64,000 nucleotides of DNA from positions 32,001 through 96,000 of IMG/VR virus record IMGVR_UViG_3300035698_012962. One strand, 5' to 3'. This document shows, in pieces, positions 8,871-17,704 of the stretch (position 1 is its first letter; each line of letters opens with the position of its first letter). Position numbers and translations under genes: made by a program. A model generated the notes under the pieces. It was not told where the DNA came from. It made no database searches and was given only the letters and a program-made list of their open reading frames with translations. This stretch comes from a virus.

Positions 8871-11060
8871 TTACTTTCCATTTAAGAACTTCTCAGTTTC
8901 CATTTTGGATATTTGTTGCCCAATTTCTTTTCCTTTATATCCCATTTTCATTACCTCTTCGCCTTTCACTGATAATTTAAATCGGATGAACTTACTAAAA
9001 TCAGTTCCAATGAGTTTACCCCATTCCTTTATCTCACTATCAGTAAGTGTTACATTCTCTTGAAGCCGTTTATAAATAAATATATTATCTGGTGTAAAGT
9101 GTTGTAACATTAATAAAAATTTAATATCATTAGCTTCATCACTTGTATATTTACGATTCGTTAAATATTTATACAATTGTTTAGGTGTTCTACTTCTAAA
9201 TAAATAAGCAATAATAAATCTGTGATCATTATTATCAATAAAATCTCTTTTACTATATTGTTGATTCGGAAATATCTGTTCTAAAATTTTTACTTTGTCC
9301 GCTAATAATAAATATTGTTTAGTGGATTTTGCAGACTGAATAGATTTTATAAATTCATCTCTAATCCGTTCAGGTGATACTCCATTTAACGATGGATCTG
9401 CTATTAATGCATCCATAGTCGTTTTTTCTATTTTACCACCTAATCTTGAAGCAAACCGTAGTGTTCTTAATTTTCGTAATGGATCTTCATTAAACCTATC
9501 AATTGCCTTACCTACCGTTCGAATAGAGTTATTTTCTAAATCTTTGATACCACCTACTAAATCTACAATTTCTTCTCTATCTAAATCATAGAATAAAGCA
9601 TTGATAGTTAAATCCCGTCTTTTTACATCACCCTCAATATCCGTGTAATCTACAGCATCGGGACGTCTACCCTTTCCTATATCTTTACGAAACGTAGCCA
9701 CCTCTTCGCCGTTAACTACTACCACCCCAAATGCTTTACCTACTTCAGTTGATTGCATCTTATATTTTTTAGCAATCTGTAATACTTCATCAGGTTTAGC
9801 ATCTGTAGCTAAATCAAAATCTTTTGGTTTTTTCCCTAATATAGCATCTCGTACTGCTCCACCTACTATATATAATTTCTTTCCTTCTTTTTTAAAGGCA
9901 GAATGTATATCTTTTACATTTTTAGGGATTGTGAGTTTGAGTTTTTTTTTACTTTCGGTAATTACATTTTCATTCACCGATTTAAATGATACCTTTGGGT
10001 ATTCCTTTGTGATTTCTAATAATTCTTTGATTGATAAATCTACCCAAATCGTTGTTAATCTATATGATGAATCAATATTAAGAATCGCAACCACTCTATG
10101 ATGACCATCTAATATATAATTATCATTTGAAATGACTACAGGTTTATCTAAATTTTTAATCTCTGCGCCCATTAGATCCTTAATCTTATCAGTATTGATC
10201 TCCTTTTGAGTCATATAAACACTTTTGACAGGCATTCGTTTTGATTTTACAGTTACACCATTTTTCTTTAAAAAACTAACGTAATCTTTCATGTCCTTTG
10301 AAAATATTTGGGGCATTTTATGTCTTGGTACGTTTAATGATTTTTTAATGAATTTGATATCTTCCTTTATAGGTGTATATTTTTCATTACCTGTTTTTGT
10401 ATTATCTAATTTTTTTTGCAGTGTTTTTAATTTTTCCTTTCTAACTTCTTGATCTTCTTTTCCTTCATAACCCATCATTAATTCATCCATGATGTCTGTA
10501 GTTATATCATCAATGTCTTCTTCTGATAAAAATGATGTGGATTCTTTAACCCTTTCTTTTGGTTTAGCTGTAATATCTTTTTTCAAATTTCTTCCCGAGA
10601 ATTTTATATGTTTTTGATCTTCTTTATTTGATAGATTTAACTGAAGGAGTTCATACCCAGCTAATGCCATTGTTCGGGTAACATGATCAAACCACTTTTC
10701 ATACGCAAATCCACCATTGGTAATATCTGCCTGATTAGTGGTTGTTAACTTACCAATAACTCCCGCAGGAAAATAAGAATTTGAACCTACAGGGCCAGTT
10801 GGATATATTGGATATTCATTATAATCTTCTAATTTATCATCCATTATTTGTGAAAACACTGTATATCCAATTTCTTCTGCTCTCTTCTTTGATGTATTAT
10901 TAAAAGCTGAAAATGAACCAAAGAATGAATTCGGTCCATCATCTGGAAACCCTTGAGTAACAGCTACTTCTTTAATAAATTCAGGAAACCTATTACTTAT
11001 CCATTCCTCTATTATTTCCTTTGGAATGTGTATAGGTTTATTTAATTGATCAATTTTCAT
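8871..11060 (-). CDS. Multidomain protein: unknown N-terminal region + ParB/Srx-like domain + class II tRNA nucleotidyltransferase (CCA/CC-adding type)
   Basis: ParB-N signature PVVISNDNYILDGHHR (~9985-10361); NTase motifs VGGAVRD...DFDLAT, RRDLTINA, EDPLR (8871-9953). Confidence 0.85.
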   Translation of the reverse strand: MKIDQLNKPIHIPKEIIEEWISNRFPEFIKEVAVTQGFPDDGPNSFFGSFSAFNNTSKKRAEEIGYTVFSQIMDDKLEDYNEYPIYPTGPVGSNSYFPAGVIGKLTTTNQADITNGGFAYEKWFDHVTRTMALAGYELLQLNLSNKEDQKHIKFSGRNLKKDITAKPKERVKESTSFLSEEDIDDITTDIMDELMMGYEGKEDQEVRKEKLKTLQKKLDNTKTGNEKYTPIKEDIKFIKKSLNVPRHKMPQIFSKDMKDYVSFLKKNGVTVKSKRMPVKSVYMTQKEINTDKIKDLMGAEIKNLDKPVVISNDNYILDGHHRVVAILNIDSSYRLTTIWVDLSIKELLEITKEYPKVSFKSVNENVITESKKKLKLTIPKNVKDIHSAFKKEGKKLYIVGGAVRDAILGKKPKDFDLATDAKPDEVLQIAKKYKMQSTEVGKAFGVVVVNGEEVATFRKDIGKGRRPDAVDYTDIEGDVKRRDLTINALFYDLDREEIVDLVGGIKDLENNSIRTVGKAIDRFNEDPLRKLRTLRFASRLGGKIEKTTMDALIADPSLNGVSPERIRDEFIKSIQSAKSTKQYLLLADKVKILEQIFPNQQYSKRDFIDNNDHRFIIAYLFRSRTPKQLYKYLTNRKYTSDEANDIKFLLMLQHFTPDNIFIYKRLQENVTLTDSEIKEWGKLIGTDFSKFIRFKLSVKGEEVMKMGYKGKEIGQQISKMETEKFLNGK

Positions 11061-11329
11061 ATAATACTGATTTGTTTATATTGTATAAGTATAAGAAATG
11101 AAAAGATTATCTTAAAAATTGACGAGAGGTGGGATTTTCCTATAGTGTCTACACTATATAGTGTCTATAGTATTCATGTATATTATCTTTATTATTTTTA
11201 ATATATTATAAAGAATATTTAATCATAAACACGTAAACATTTTAAGTGGGGCACTAAATAGTGTCTACACTATAGAAGTATTCCAAAAAAATAAAAACGG
11301 ATGAAGTTTTACATCTTTTTACAAATATT
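10925..11329 (+). repeat. Diverged direct repeat copy 1 (partner 17321..17704)
   Basis: Shares the 5' coding segment (IPKxIIEEWI...GFPDDGPNS), the TACTTATA motif, TTGAC, two palindrome clusters and CTTTTACAAATATT-like end with copy 2. Confidence 0.9.
11141..11275. promoter_or_regulatory. Two clusters of TAGTGT-NN-ACACTA palindromes flanking an AT-rich spacer
   Basis: TATAGTGTCTACACTATATAGTGTCTA (11141-11167) and AGTGGGGCACTAAATAGTGTCTACACTATAG (11245-11275). Confidence 0.75.
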
Positions 11330-11344
11330 AATATATAATAATTA

Positions 11345-11373
11345 TTGACTTTTATTATATTTTTCTATACAAT
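11345..11373 (+). promoter_or_regulatory. Sigma70-type promoter for phoH
   Basis: TTGACT-N17-TACAAT; a TATTTATT late-like motif follows at 11399-11406. Confidence 0.7.
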
Positions 11374-11447
11374 ATCCATTATCAATTGATAATTTCCATA
11401 TTTATTAAAACAAGTCATACTAATACATAAACTTCTAAATAATAAAT

Positions 11448-12170
11448 ATGAGTAAGAATATACCAACTCACCAAAAAAGTTTAAAGATTAAAAAATTAAG
11501 TTATGTTATAAATCAGTTTTATAAAGATAAATTAAACGATGAACAAAAAGAATGTTATAATCTAATAGAAAATAGAACATTAACTATAGTAACAGGTAAA
11601 GCTGGTTCAGGTAAAACATTAGTTGCCTGTTATTCAGCTTTAAAAGATCTAGCTTCCCGTAAGATAGATAAAATTATTATAAACAGACCAACAGTTTCCA
11701 CGGAAGATAATGGATTCTTACCAGGTGGAATAGAAGATAAATTAGATCCTTGGATGGCTCCTATTTATGGAAACATAAAAACTATTACAGGCCCAGATAT
11801 TTGTCAACAACTTGTATCTGAAGGTCTTATTGAAATTGTACCACTTACTTATATGAGAGGTAGAACCTTCACAGAATCTACAATTATAGTTGATGAGGCT
11901 CAAAATATGACAGATGGGCAATTATTAATGGTTATCAGTAGAATAGGTGTCCAATCTAAAATGATTATTTGTGGAGATGATAAACAAATAGATTTAAAAA
12001 GAAAAGAACAATCTGGTATTCCCTTTTTATCATCCATTACAGATGAAGATATTGGATCGTTTAGGTTAAAAGAAAATCATAGACACCCAATTGTTGATAA
12101 AATACTTACTATTTATGAGAATGAATTCAGTTCAAATAGAATAAATAAAGTATTAGAATTACGTAAATGA
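11448..12170 (+). CDS. phoH: PhoH-family ATPase
   Basis: GKAGSGKT, GFLPG, PLTYMRGRTF, IVDEAQN, GDDKQID, RHPIV. Confidence 0.95.
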   Translation: MSKNIPTHQKSLKIKKLSYVINQFYKDKLNDEQKECYNLIENRTLTIVTGKAGSGKTLVACYSALKDLASRKIDKIIINRPTVSTEDNGFLPGGIEDKLDPWMAPIYGNIKTITGPDICQQLVSEGLIEIVPLTYMRGRTFTESTIIVDEAQNMTDGQLLMVISRIGVQSKMIICGDDKQIDLKRKEQSGIPFLSSITDEDIGSFRLKENHRHPIVDKILTIYENEFSSNRINKVLELRK

Positions 12171-13247
12171 TTTCTTTAAAAAAGATAATGCAGATAATAT
12201 AACCTTATCCATATCATAATATTTATATTCTGCTAAACGTCCTCCGAAATGAGTATTTTTTAGTTTATCAGATTCAAGTTTGTATTTTTTGTATTTATTA
12301 TTATTTTCTAAATCATTAACAGGATAGAACGGTTCTGTTTTATTAGCAATATATTCTATAGGGTACTCCCACGTAACCCATGTACTATCAGTATCTACAG
12401 TTTGGAAATGTTTGTGTTCTATTATTCTTGTATATGGAATGTCTACATCTGTATAATTCATTACAGGTGTACCTTGATAGTTTTCAGTATTTATATGTTT
12501 ATGTTTAAATTCAGTAGTTTTATATTCTAATTCACCATATTTATAATTAAAATACCTATCAACTGGGCCTGTGTATATTACATTTTTAGAATCAGGTATA
12601 TCATCATTAAAGAAATCCGTATTCAATTTCACTTCAATATCTTTTAATAATTTGTCAAAGATTGGAGTATATCCATTAATAGGTATACCTTGATATTTAT
12701 CATTGAAATAGTTATTATCATACGTAAATCGAACAGGTAACCTCTGTATAATCTCTTTAGGTAACTCTGTTGCAGATTTCTTCCATTGCTTTTCAGTATA
12801 CCCTTTAATCAATTTATTATATACATCCGTTCCTACTAATTTTATTGCTTGTTCTTCTAGGTTAGTAGGTGTTTGTATATTTCCACTCTGTTCTTTTATT
12901 ATCTGTCTTGCTTGTTCAGGTGTTGTAATATCCCACATTTTTGAGAATGTCCACATATTAAACGGTAATGAATACACTTTATCTTTATAAAATGCAACTG
13001 GACTGTATATGAAATTATTAAATTCAGTAAATTGATTTATCCAATTCCACACTTCCTCATTTGACGTGTGAAATATATGTGGGCCAAATTCATGGATATT
13101 GATACCATTTTTATTTGATGTGTAACAATTCCCACCGATATGATCTCTCTTTTCTATAACACATACATTATACCCCTTCTTATTAAGAGTATATGCACAT
13201 ATAGAACCGTAAAACCCTGCTCCAACTATTAAGTAATCGTATTTCAT
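12159..13247 (-). CDS. glf: UDP-galactopyranose mutase
   Basis: GAGFYG FAD motif, HIGGNCY, GPHIFHT, YTRIIEHKHF, GRLAEYKYYDMD. Confidence 0.95.
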   Translation of the reverse strand: MKYDYLIVGAGFYGSICAYTLNKKGYNVCVIEKRDHIGGNCYTSNKNGINIHEFGPHIFHTSNEEVWNWINQFTEFNNFIYSPVAFYKDKVYSLPFNMWTFSKMWDITTPEQARQIIKEQSGNIQTPTNLEEQAIKLVGTDVYNKLIKGYTEKQWKKSATELPKEIIQRLPVRFTYDNNYFNDKYQGIPINGYTPIFDKLLKDIEVKLNTDFFNDDIPDSKNVIYTGPVDRYFNYKYGELEYKTTEFKHKHINTENYQGTPVMNYTDVDIPYTRIIEHKHFQTVDTDSTWVTWEYPIEYIANKTEPFYPVNDLENNNKYKKYKLESDKLKNTHFGGRLAEYKYYDMDKVILSALSFLKKSFT

Positions 13248-14080
13248 TTTATTAAGTCTATAAATCCATTATTCCATTTTGTGGGAACTTGTATCCAATT
13301 TTCACAGTAAATATCGTCTGAAACTATATTTTCCCGTTCCATATCAGGGCCGAACCAAGTAGATGGAACTATAACTGTTTTATCAGGTGTGTTACTTAAA
13401 TATGCTCCCCACCATGAAAAGGTAGAATTTGATATTACATAATGGTCACAAAGTGATAACAACCAAAGACCCATTTCATCTTTCCATTCAACGAAAAAGG
13501 AATTTTCATAATTCAAGTTATCTTTACACCATTGTAAATCATCACTCATAATTAAAAGATGATCGTGTGGTGGTAATAACGTAACTGCATGATCCAAAAA
13601 TTCTTTTGTTACTACAGGATGTCTATTAGGAAATGTTAAATAATCCCCTCTTCTTACATTGACTGCTGCAACTGTAGATGATTTGAATTGTGGATATTCC
13701 GATTCTACTTTATTTAAAAACTGTTGAGTTGGGGAAAATAGATCTTTTACTTTTTGAGAGTAATTTTTAAAAAACTTTTCACTTTGAAAATACCCCTCTA
13801 TATAAGTTGGTTTATCATTATTTGGAATTATATCACAATATGTAAATGTTCCTTTAGTAAGTTCAACATCTCTAGTAGAATCAATATAAAAATCTATTTT
13901 ACGAAATATTGTATCTTTGAACTGATCACTACATGAATCTAATTTAGGAACCACTAATTGTCTATCATGTTCCAACGACATCACATACGCATGAGCAATT
14001 TGAAACATCATGTTCCCCAATCTACCTACTAATCTTGGTGCTACAAAATCCTTTGTTAATAATGTATTAATTTTTCTCAT
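13244..14080 (-). CDS. GT11 alpha-1,2-fucosyltransferase-like protein
   Basis: GRLGNMMFQ, GYFQSEKFF, VRRGDY, SNSTFSWWGAYL. Confidence 0.9.
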   Translation of the reverse strand: MRKINTLLTKDFVAPRLVGRLGNMMFQIAHAYVMSLEHDRQLVVPKLDSCSDQFKDTIFRKIDFYIDSTRDVELTKGTFTYCDIIPNNDKPTYIEGYFQSEKFFKNYSQKVKDLFSPTQQFLNKVESEYPQFKSSTVAAVNVRRGDYLTFPNRHPVVTKEFLDHAVTLLPPHDHLLIMSDDLQWCKDNLNYENSFFVEWKDEMGLWLLSLCDHYVISNSTFSWWGAYLSNTPDKTVIVPSTWFGPDMERENIVSDDIYCENWIQVPTKWNNGFIDLIK

Positions 14081-14741
14081 ACTTTTTTAATGGTTTCAAA
14101 TATCCTTTAGTATAATCTTCCAATGGAGCTCCCGTTCCATATTTATTTATATCACTTTCATCCGATGTTTGTGTTATTGCCAATGGATATGTTACATATT
14201 TATTAAGTTCATAATTTTCACCTATCCAATCATCAAACGAACCTGCTGGAATTTTATAATGGGATTCTCTTTTGATATTTGGGTGTTCTATTATTTTCTT
14301 CATTGCTGATCTACTATACCCAATAGCATGTGCAGTCAATAGACGATATTGTTTAAGTAAGTGTGGGCTAACTAAATTTAATTCTGGATCCAATATCATA
14401 CTTCCGAAATAAATCAAATCCCAATCATCAATTTTACTTAAACTTTCTAATGACTTTTCAATATTATCAATAGCATTTTCCATTAGCAATATATCATCTT
14501 CAAATACTAATATCCTTTCAAATCCCAAACTATAAGCGTGTTTGATAACATATATATGACTTCTATTACAGGCACTATAAATATCATAATACTCTTTTTC
14601 ATTGTATTCAAATGCTGATATTCGTTCAAAAAATCCGGAAAGGTTTAATGACTGTACTGTTTTTTGGAATTGGATATCTCTATCTTTTCTTTTATCTAAA
14701 TTGATATAGTATCCTTTTTGGAAAAAATCTTGTATTTTCAT
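14067..14741 (-). CDS. GT25 glycosyltransferase
   Basis: YINLDKRKDR, FERISA, ACNRSH, LVFEDD. Confidence 0.85.
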   Translation of the reverse strand: MKIQDFFQKGYYINLDKRKDRDIQFQKTVQSLNLSGFFERISAFEYNEKEYYDIYSACNRSHIYVIKHAYSLGFERILVFEDDILLMENAIDNIEKSLESLSKIDDWDLIYFGSMILDPELNLVSPHLLKQYRLLTAHAIGYSRSAMKKIIEHPNIKRESHYKIPAGSFDDWIGENYELNKYVTYPLAITQTSDESDINKYGTGAPLEDYTKGYLKPLKKYEKN

Positions 14742-14752
14742 TTAATATTAAA

Positions 14753-15913
14753 TTATATGGAATTTATGATAACCTCCCATTGACTCCCAATATTGTTTAT
14801 AGAAAACTTATTTAATATGTACTGTTTACCTTGCTCTTTAATAGTATCTTTAAATTTATGATCACCTTCTAATTTATTGATGTTCTGAATTATTGTGGAA
14901 ATGTTATCTTTAAATTCACCCTTCAAATCTTTAGTTAATGGTTCCTTTTGTAACTCTTCAATTTTAATTCCATTAGGAACATCTAACCATATACAAAAAT
15001 CATTAAAATTCTCTGGTAGTGCACCCAACGGATATGTAAGTGGTATTGTACCAAATGCAATAGCTTCTGCCACTACACATGAAAATGTATCTTTATGTAC
15101 ATCTTTATATGGTGTATATAATGGATATATAAAATACTCACTTTCAGCTAAGTGTTTAAATAATGTAAGTTTATCCACTCCATCATGTCTATGGAACCAT
15201 GAATCTTTATAATCATGGATAGTCATTAAATAATCAAATACGTGAAACTCTTTATTGGGAAATTCCAATTTTTTAATTGTATTATACGCAACATCACCAC
15301 CTCTTGCCCAAGATGCATGAAAAATGAATTTGTGTTTTTTCTTTTCTATGTTTAAATTTAATACTTCTTCAATGATATCGCATTGAATGGGATTTGATAT
15401 TACAACCGAAGTGAAATCATCAGAGTCCTTTTTCATTCTATCTAATGTAGGTTGGTTCATTGACTTTTCCCAATTAGATATATTTACAACTCTCAATTTT
15501 AAATTATTATTTTTCACAAATGATAACATGTCATCTATTGAATAAATCCATTGCATATGTGACCAATAAATTAATGATTTTGTTACTGTAATCGGTAATG
15601 TATCATAATCAGAAAACCATAAACTTGTAATAAGGATATCAAATTCTACATTGTCAATACTATCGAACTTCAAATTTGTATAACATACACCTCTTATTAT
15701 ATCCCCATGTTGGTATTTTTTATGTTCCTCTTTTGGTTCTTCTAATTCGTCTGTAGCAATAACTACGTCATGCCCAATGGATGATAAGTATTCAGCTACT
15801 AATATGGTACTACTATCCGTTCCTGATACCCCAGATCCTCCATATCGCATCGTATCTCCATTGATATATGTACTTCTCCTACCATTCCCGATTAAAATAA
15901 ATGCGATTCTCAT
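14753..15913 (-). CDS. GT-B glycosyltransferase (GT4-like)
   Basis: SGTDSSTILVAEYL N-terminal motif; C-terminal DTFSCVVAEAIAFG...GALPE. Confidence 0.75.
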   Translation of the reverse strand: MRIAFILIGNGRRSTYINGDTMRYGGSGVSGTDSSTILVAEYLSSIGHDVVIATDELEEPKEEHKKYQHGDIIRGVCYTNLKFDSIDNVEFDILITSLWFSDYDTLPITVTKSLIYWSHMQWIYSIDDMLSFVKNNNLKLRVVNISNWEKSMNQPTLDRMKKDSDDFTSVVISNPIQCDIIEEVLNLNIEKKKHKFIFHASWARGGDVAYNTIKKLEFPNKEFHVFDYLMTIHDYKDSWFHRHDGVDKLTLFKHLAESEYFIYPLYTPYKDVHKDTFSCVVAEAIAFGTIPLTYPLGALPENFNDFCIWLDVPNGIKIEELQKEPLTKDLKGEFKDNISTIIQNINKLEGDHKFKDTIKEQGKQYILNKFSINNIGSQWEVIINSI

Positions 15914-17172
15914 AATTCCATTTCAAGTGGATCTGTCCATTGATCATTTGATAACATACCGAACATGACAACTCTAGATCCTTTCACTTTTCCTTTTTTT
16001 ATCTTAACAACGTGTGAGTTTACTTTATAATTGAATACATCCTTATCCTTATCAGGTGTGAAATCGTTTCTATATATTTCTTTCTCATCCTTATCAATAA
16101 CACCAAATGTTATGAATTTATAACTATTATCTTTTACCCTTTCCTTAAAATGATCAACATCCCAAAAAACCTTGACATCAATCTCTTTATCATCTTCAGT
16201 TTCGATTGGATTTGGCGGTTGTTTGACTTTTAATGTATAATCTTGTATTTTACAATTTTTAAAATCAAGTCCTGTATATATTTCATAATCTCGTAATGAA
16301 CGAACTTTACCTAATCCATATTTTCGTGATATATCTATTTCATTATCTTCTTGTCCAAATAACTGTCTAGTCTTTTTCCTCGCAAATCCATCTCGTTCAT
16401 TACTAAGAGTTCCTGTTTTGGATTCCGTACCATGATCTTCCCAATGTTTAGGTCTACCTTCTCTTGTATACTCATGCCAAATATATTGTCGATATGGACT
16501 GAAAAAATCATATCCATGTGTCCAAGCCCTCACACTCATTGTAGCTTCTTCACAATAACCACCAAAATAAATTTCAGGATCATAAGGTACTCTATTAATA
16601 AAATCACTATCTGCTAAGTAAAAATGTCCACTTATAGTTCTTGCTTTAATTACAGAAGTTCGTTCTTTATAATCTTGTATATACCACGGCATTGACATTA
16701 GTAATTTATCATTACTAAATTCATACTGTGACATTAATGTAGGTGTTGGATTTATATTCTGTGGTTCATTTTCCCAATCCGACACTTGAAATGGTGTAAG
16801 ATATGTAGTTAATATTGGATAATCTGAATATTCCCAGCATTGAGCGTAATCATCTAACATCATAACATCCCAATTTTTTAGAAATCTATGGTGAGAATCA
16901 AATTGTAATGTCAATCCCTCATTGTTCCATAATTTAGACACTTCAGATCTTGCCCACCCTAAACCTTGACTATCACTATAATGATAATCTAAATACGTAA
17001 CATTTGGGTGATCTTCAAATTCTTCTAATGATTCGGTTTCATCGTGTTGCCAACAAATCCCAATATTAAACCGCTCTGGATGTTTAGCATTTTCAAATAA
17101 ACTCCGAAGGGTCGGTACTAATTGTGGATCTCTATAACTTGCTATCTGTACAAATATTTTATCTGTTTTCAT
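15910..17172 (-). CDS. GT60-like (Skp1-type) N-acetylglucosaminyltransferase
   Basis: IFVQIASYRDP, GLGWAR, QFDSHHRF, VPYDP, EE...RAWTHGYD. Confidence 0.85.
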   Translation of the reverse strand: MKTDKIFVQIASYRDPQLVPTLRSLFENAKHPERFNIGICWQHDETESLEEFEDHPNVTYLDYHYSDSQGLGWARSEVSKLWNNEGLTLQFDSHHRFLKNWDVMMLDDYAQCWEYSDYPILTTYLTPFQVSDWENEPQNINPTPTLMSQYEFSNDKLLMSMPWYIQDYKERTSVIKARTISGHFYLADSDFINRVPYDPEIYFGGYCEEATMSVRAWTHGYDFFSPYRQYIWHEYTREGRPKHWEDHGTESKTGTLSNERDGFARKKTRQLFGQEDNEIDISRKYGLGKVRSLRDYEIYTGLDFKNCKIQDYTLKVKQPPNPIETEDDKEIDVKVFWDVDHFKERVKDNSYKFITFGVIDKDEKEIYRNDFTPDKDKDVFNYKVNSHVVKIKKGKVKGSRVVMFGMLSNDQWTDPLEMEL

Positions 17173-17216
17173 ATTAACTTATTTCGTTATTTATATATAT
17201 TATATATTATATATTT

Positions 17217-17462
17217 TTAACATAAATCCGTAGTCATTACACCACCGCTATTATTAATTTGATGCACAGTACCACCATTCGCAAACCAATTACTATTTCC
17301 AGTTAAAGTTGTAGTTAATGATGAATTTGGACCATCATCTGGAAATCCCTTAGTTACAGCAATTTCTTGAATAAATTCAGGGAAGCGGATTTCAATCCAT
17401 TCTTCTATAATTTTCTTTGGAATAAAGATAGGATCATTAAAATTATTTAAATTCACAGTCAT
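17217..17462 (-). pseudogene. Chimeric remnant: 5' duplicate of the 11060 gene fused to an unrelated Cys-ending tail
   Basis: PIFIPKKIIEEWIEIRFPEFIQEIAVTKGFPDDGPNS matches PIHIPKEIIEEWISNRFPEFIKEVAVTQGFPDDGPNS, then similarity stops abruptly. Confidence 0.75.
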
Positions 17463-17704
17463 ATTAATATATTAATTATATAATATAAGTATAAGAAAAG
17501 TTGTTTTTAAATAACTTTTTGACAAGATGGGAATTTATCGCTAGTGTCGACACTATATAGTGTCTAAGTTATCATGTTTAATTTTTAAAATATATATTAA
17601 TATTCATTTAATCACTTTTAAGTGTGGCACTATGTAGTGTCTGCACTAGAGGTATAGAATTTTTTTTTAATGCGCCAACGATTTTACATTCTTTTACAAA
17701 TATT
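17321..17704 (+). repeat. Diverged direct repeat copy 2 (partner 10925..11329)
   Basis: Includes perfect palindrome TAGTGTCGACACTA (17542-17555) and cluster AGTGTGGCACTATGTAGTGTCTGCACTAG (17621-17649). Confidence 0.9.

Noticed and set aside
11141-17649. TAGTGT palindromes as a CRISPR array
   Set aside because: Units are only ~14-16 bp, abut each other without unique 30-40 bp spacers, and there are no cas genes.
10925-17704. Direct repeats as IS ends or an assembly duplication
   Set aside because: No transposase or integrase in the window, and the copies differ by many substitutions and indels.
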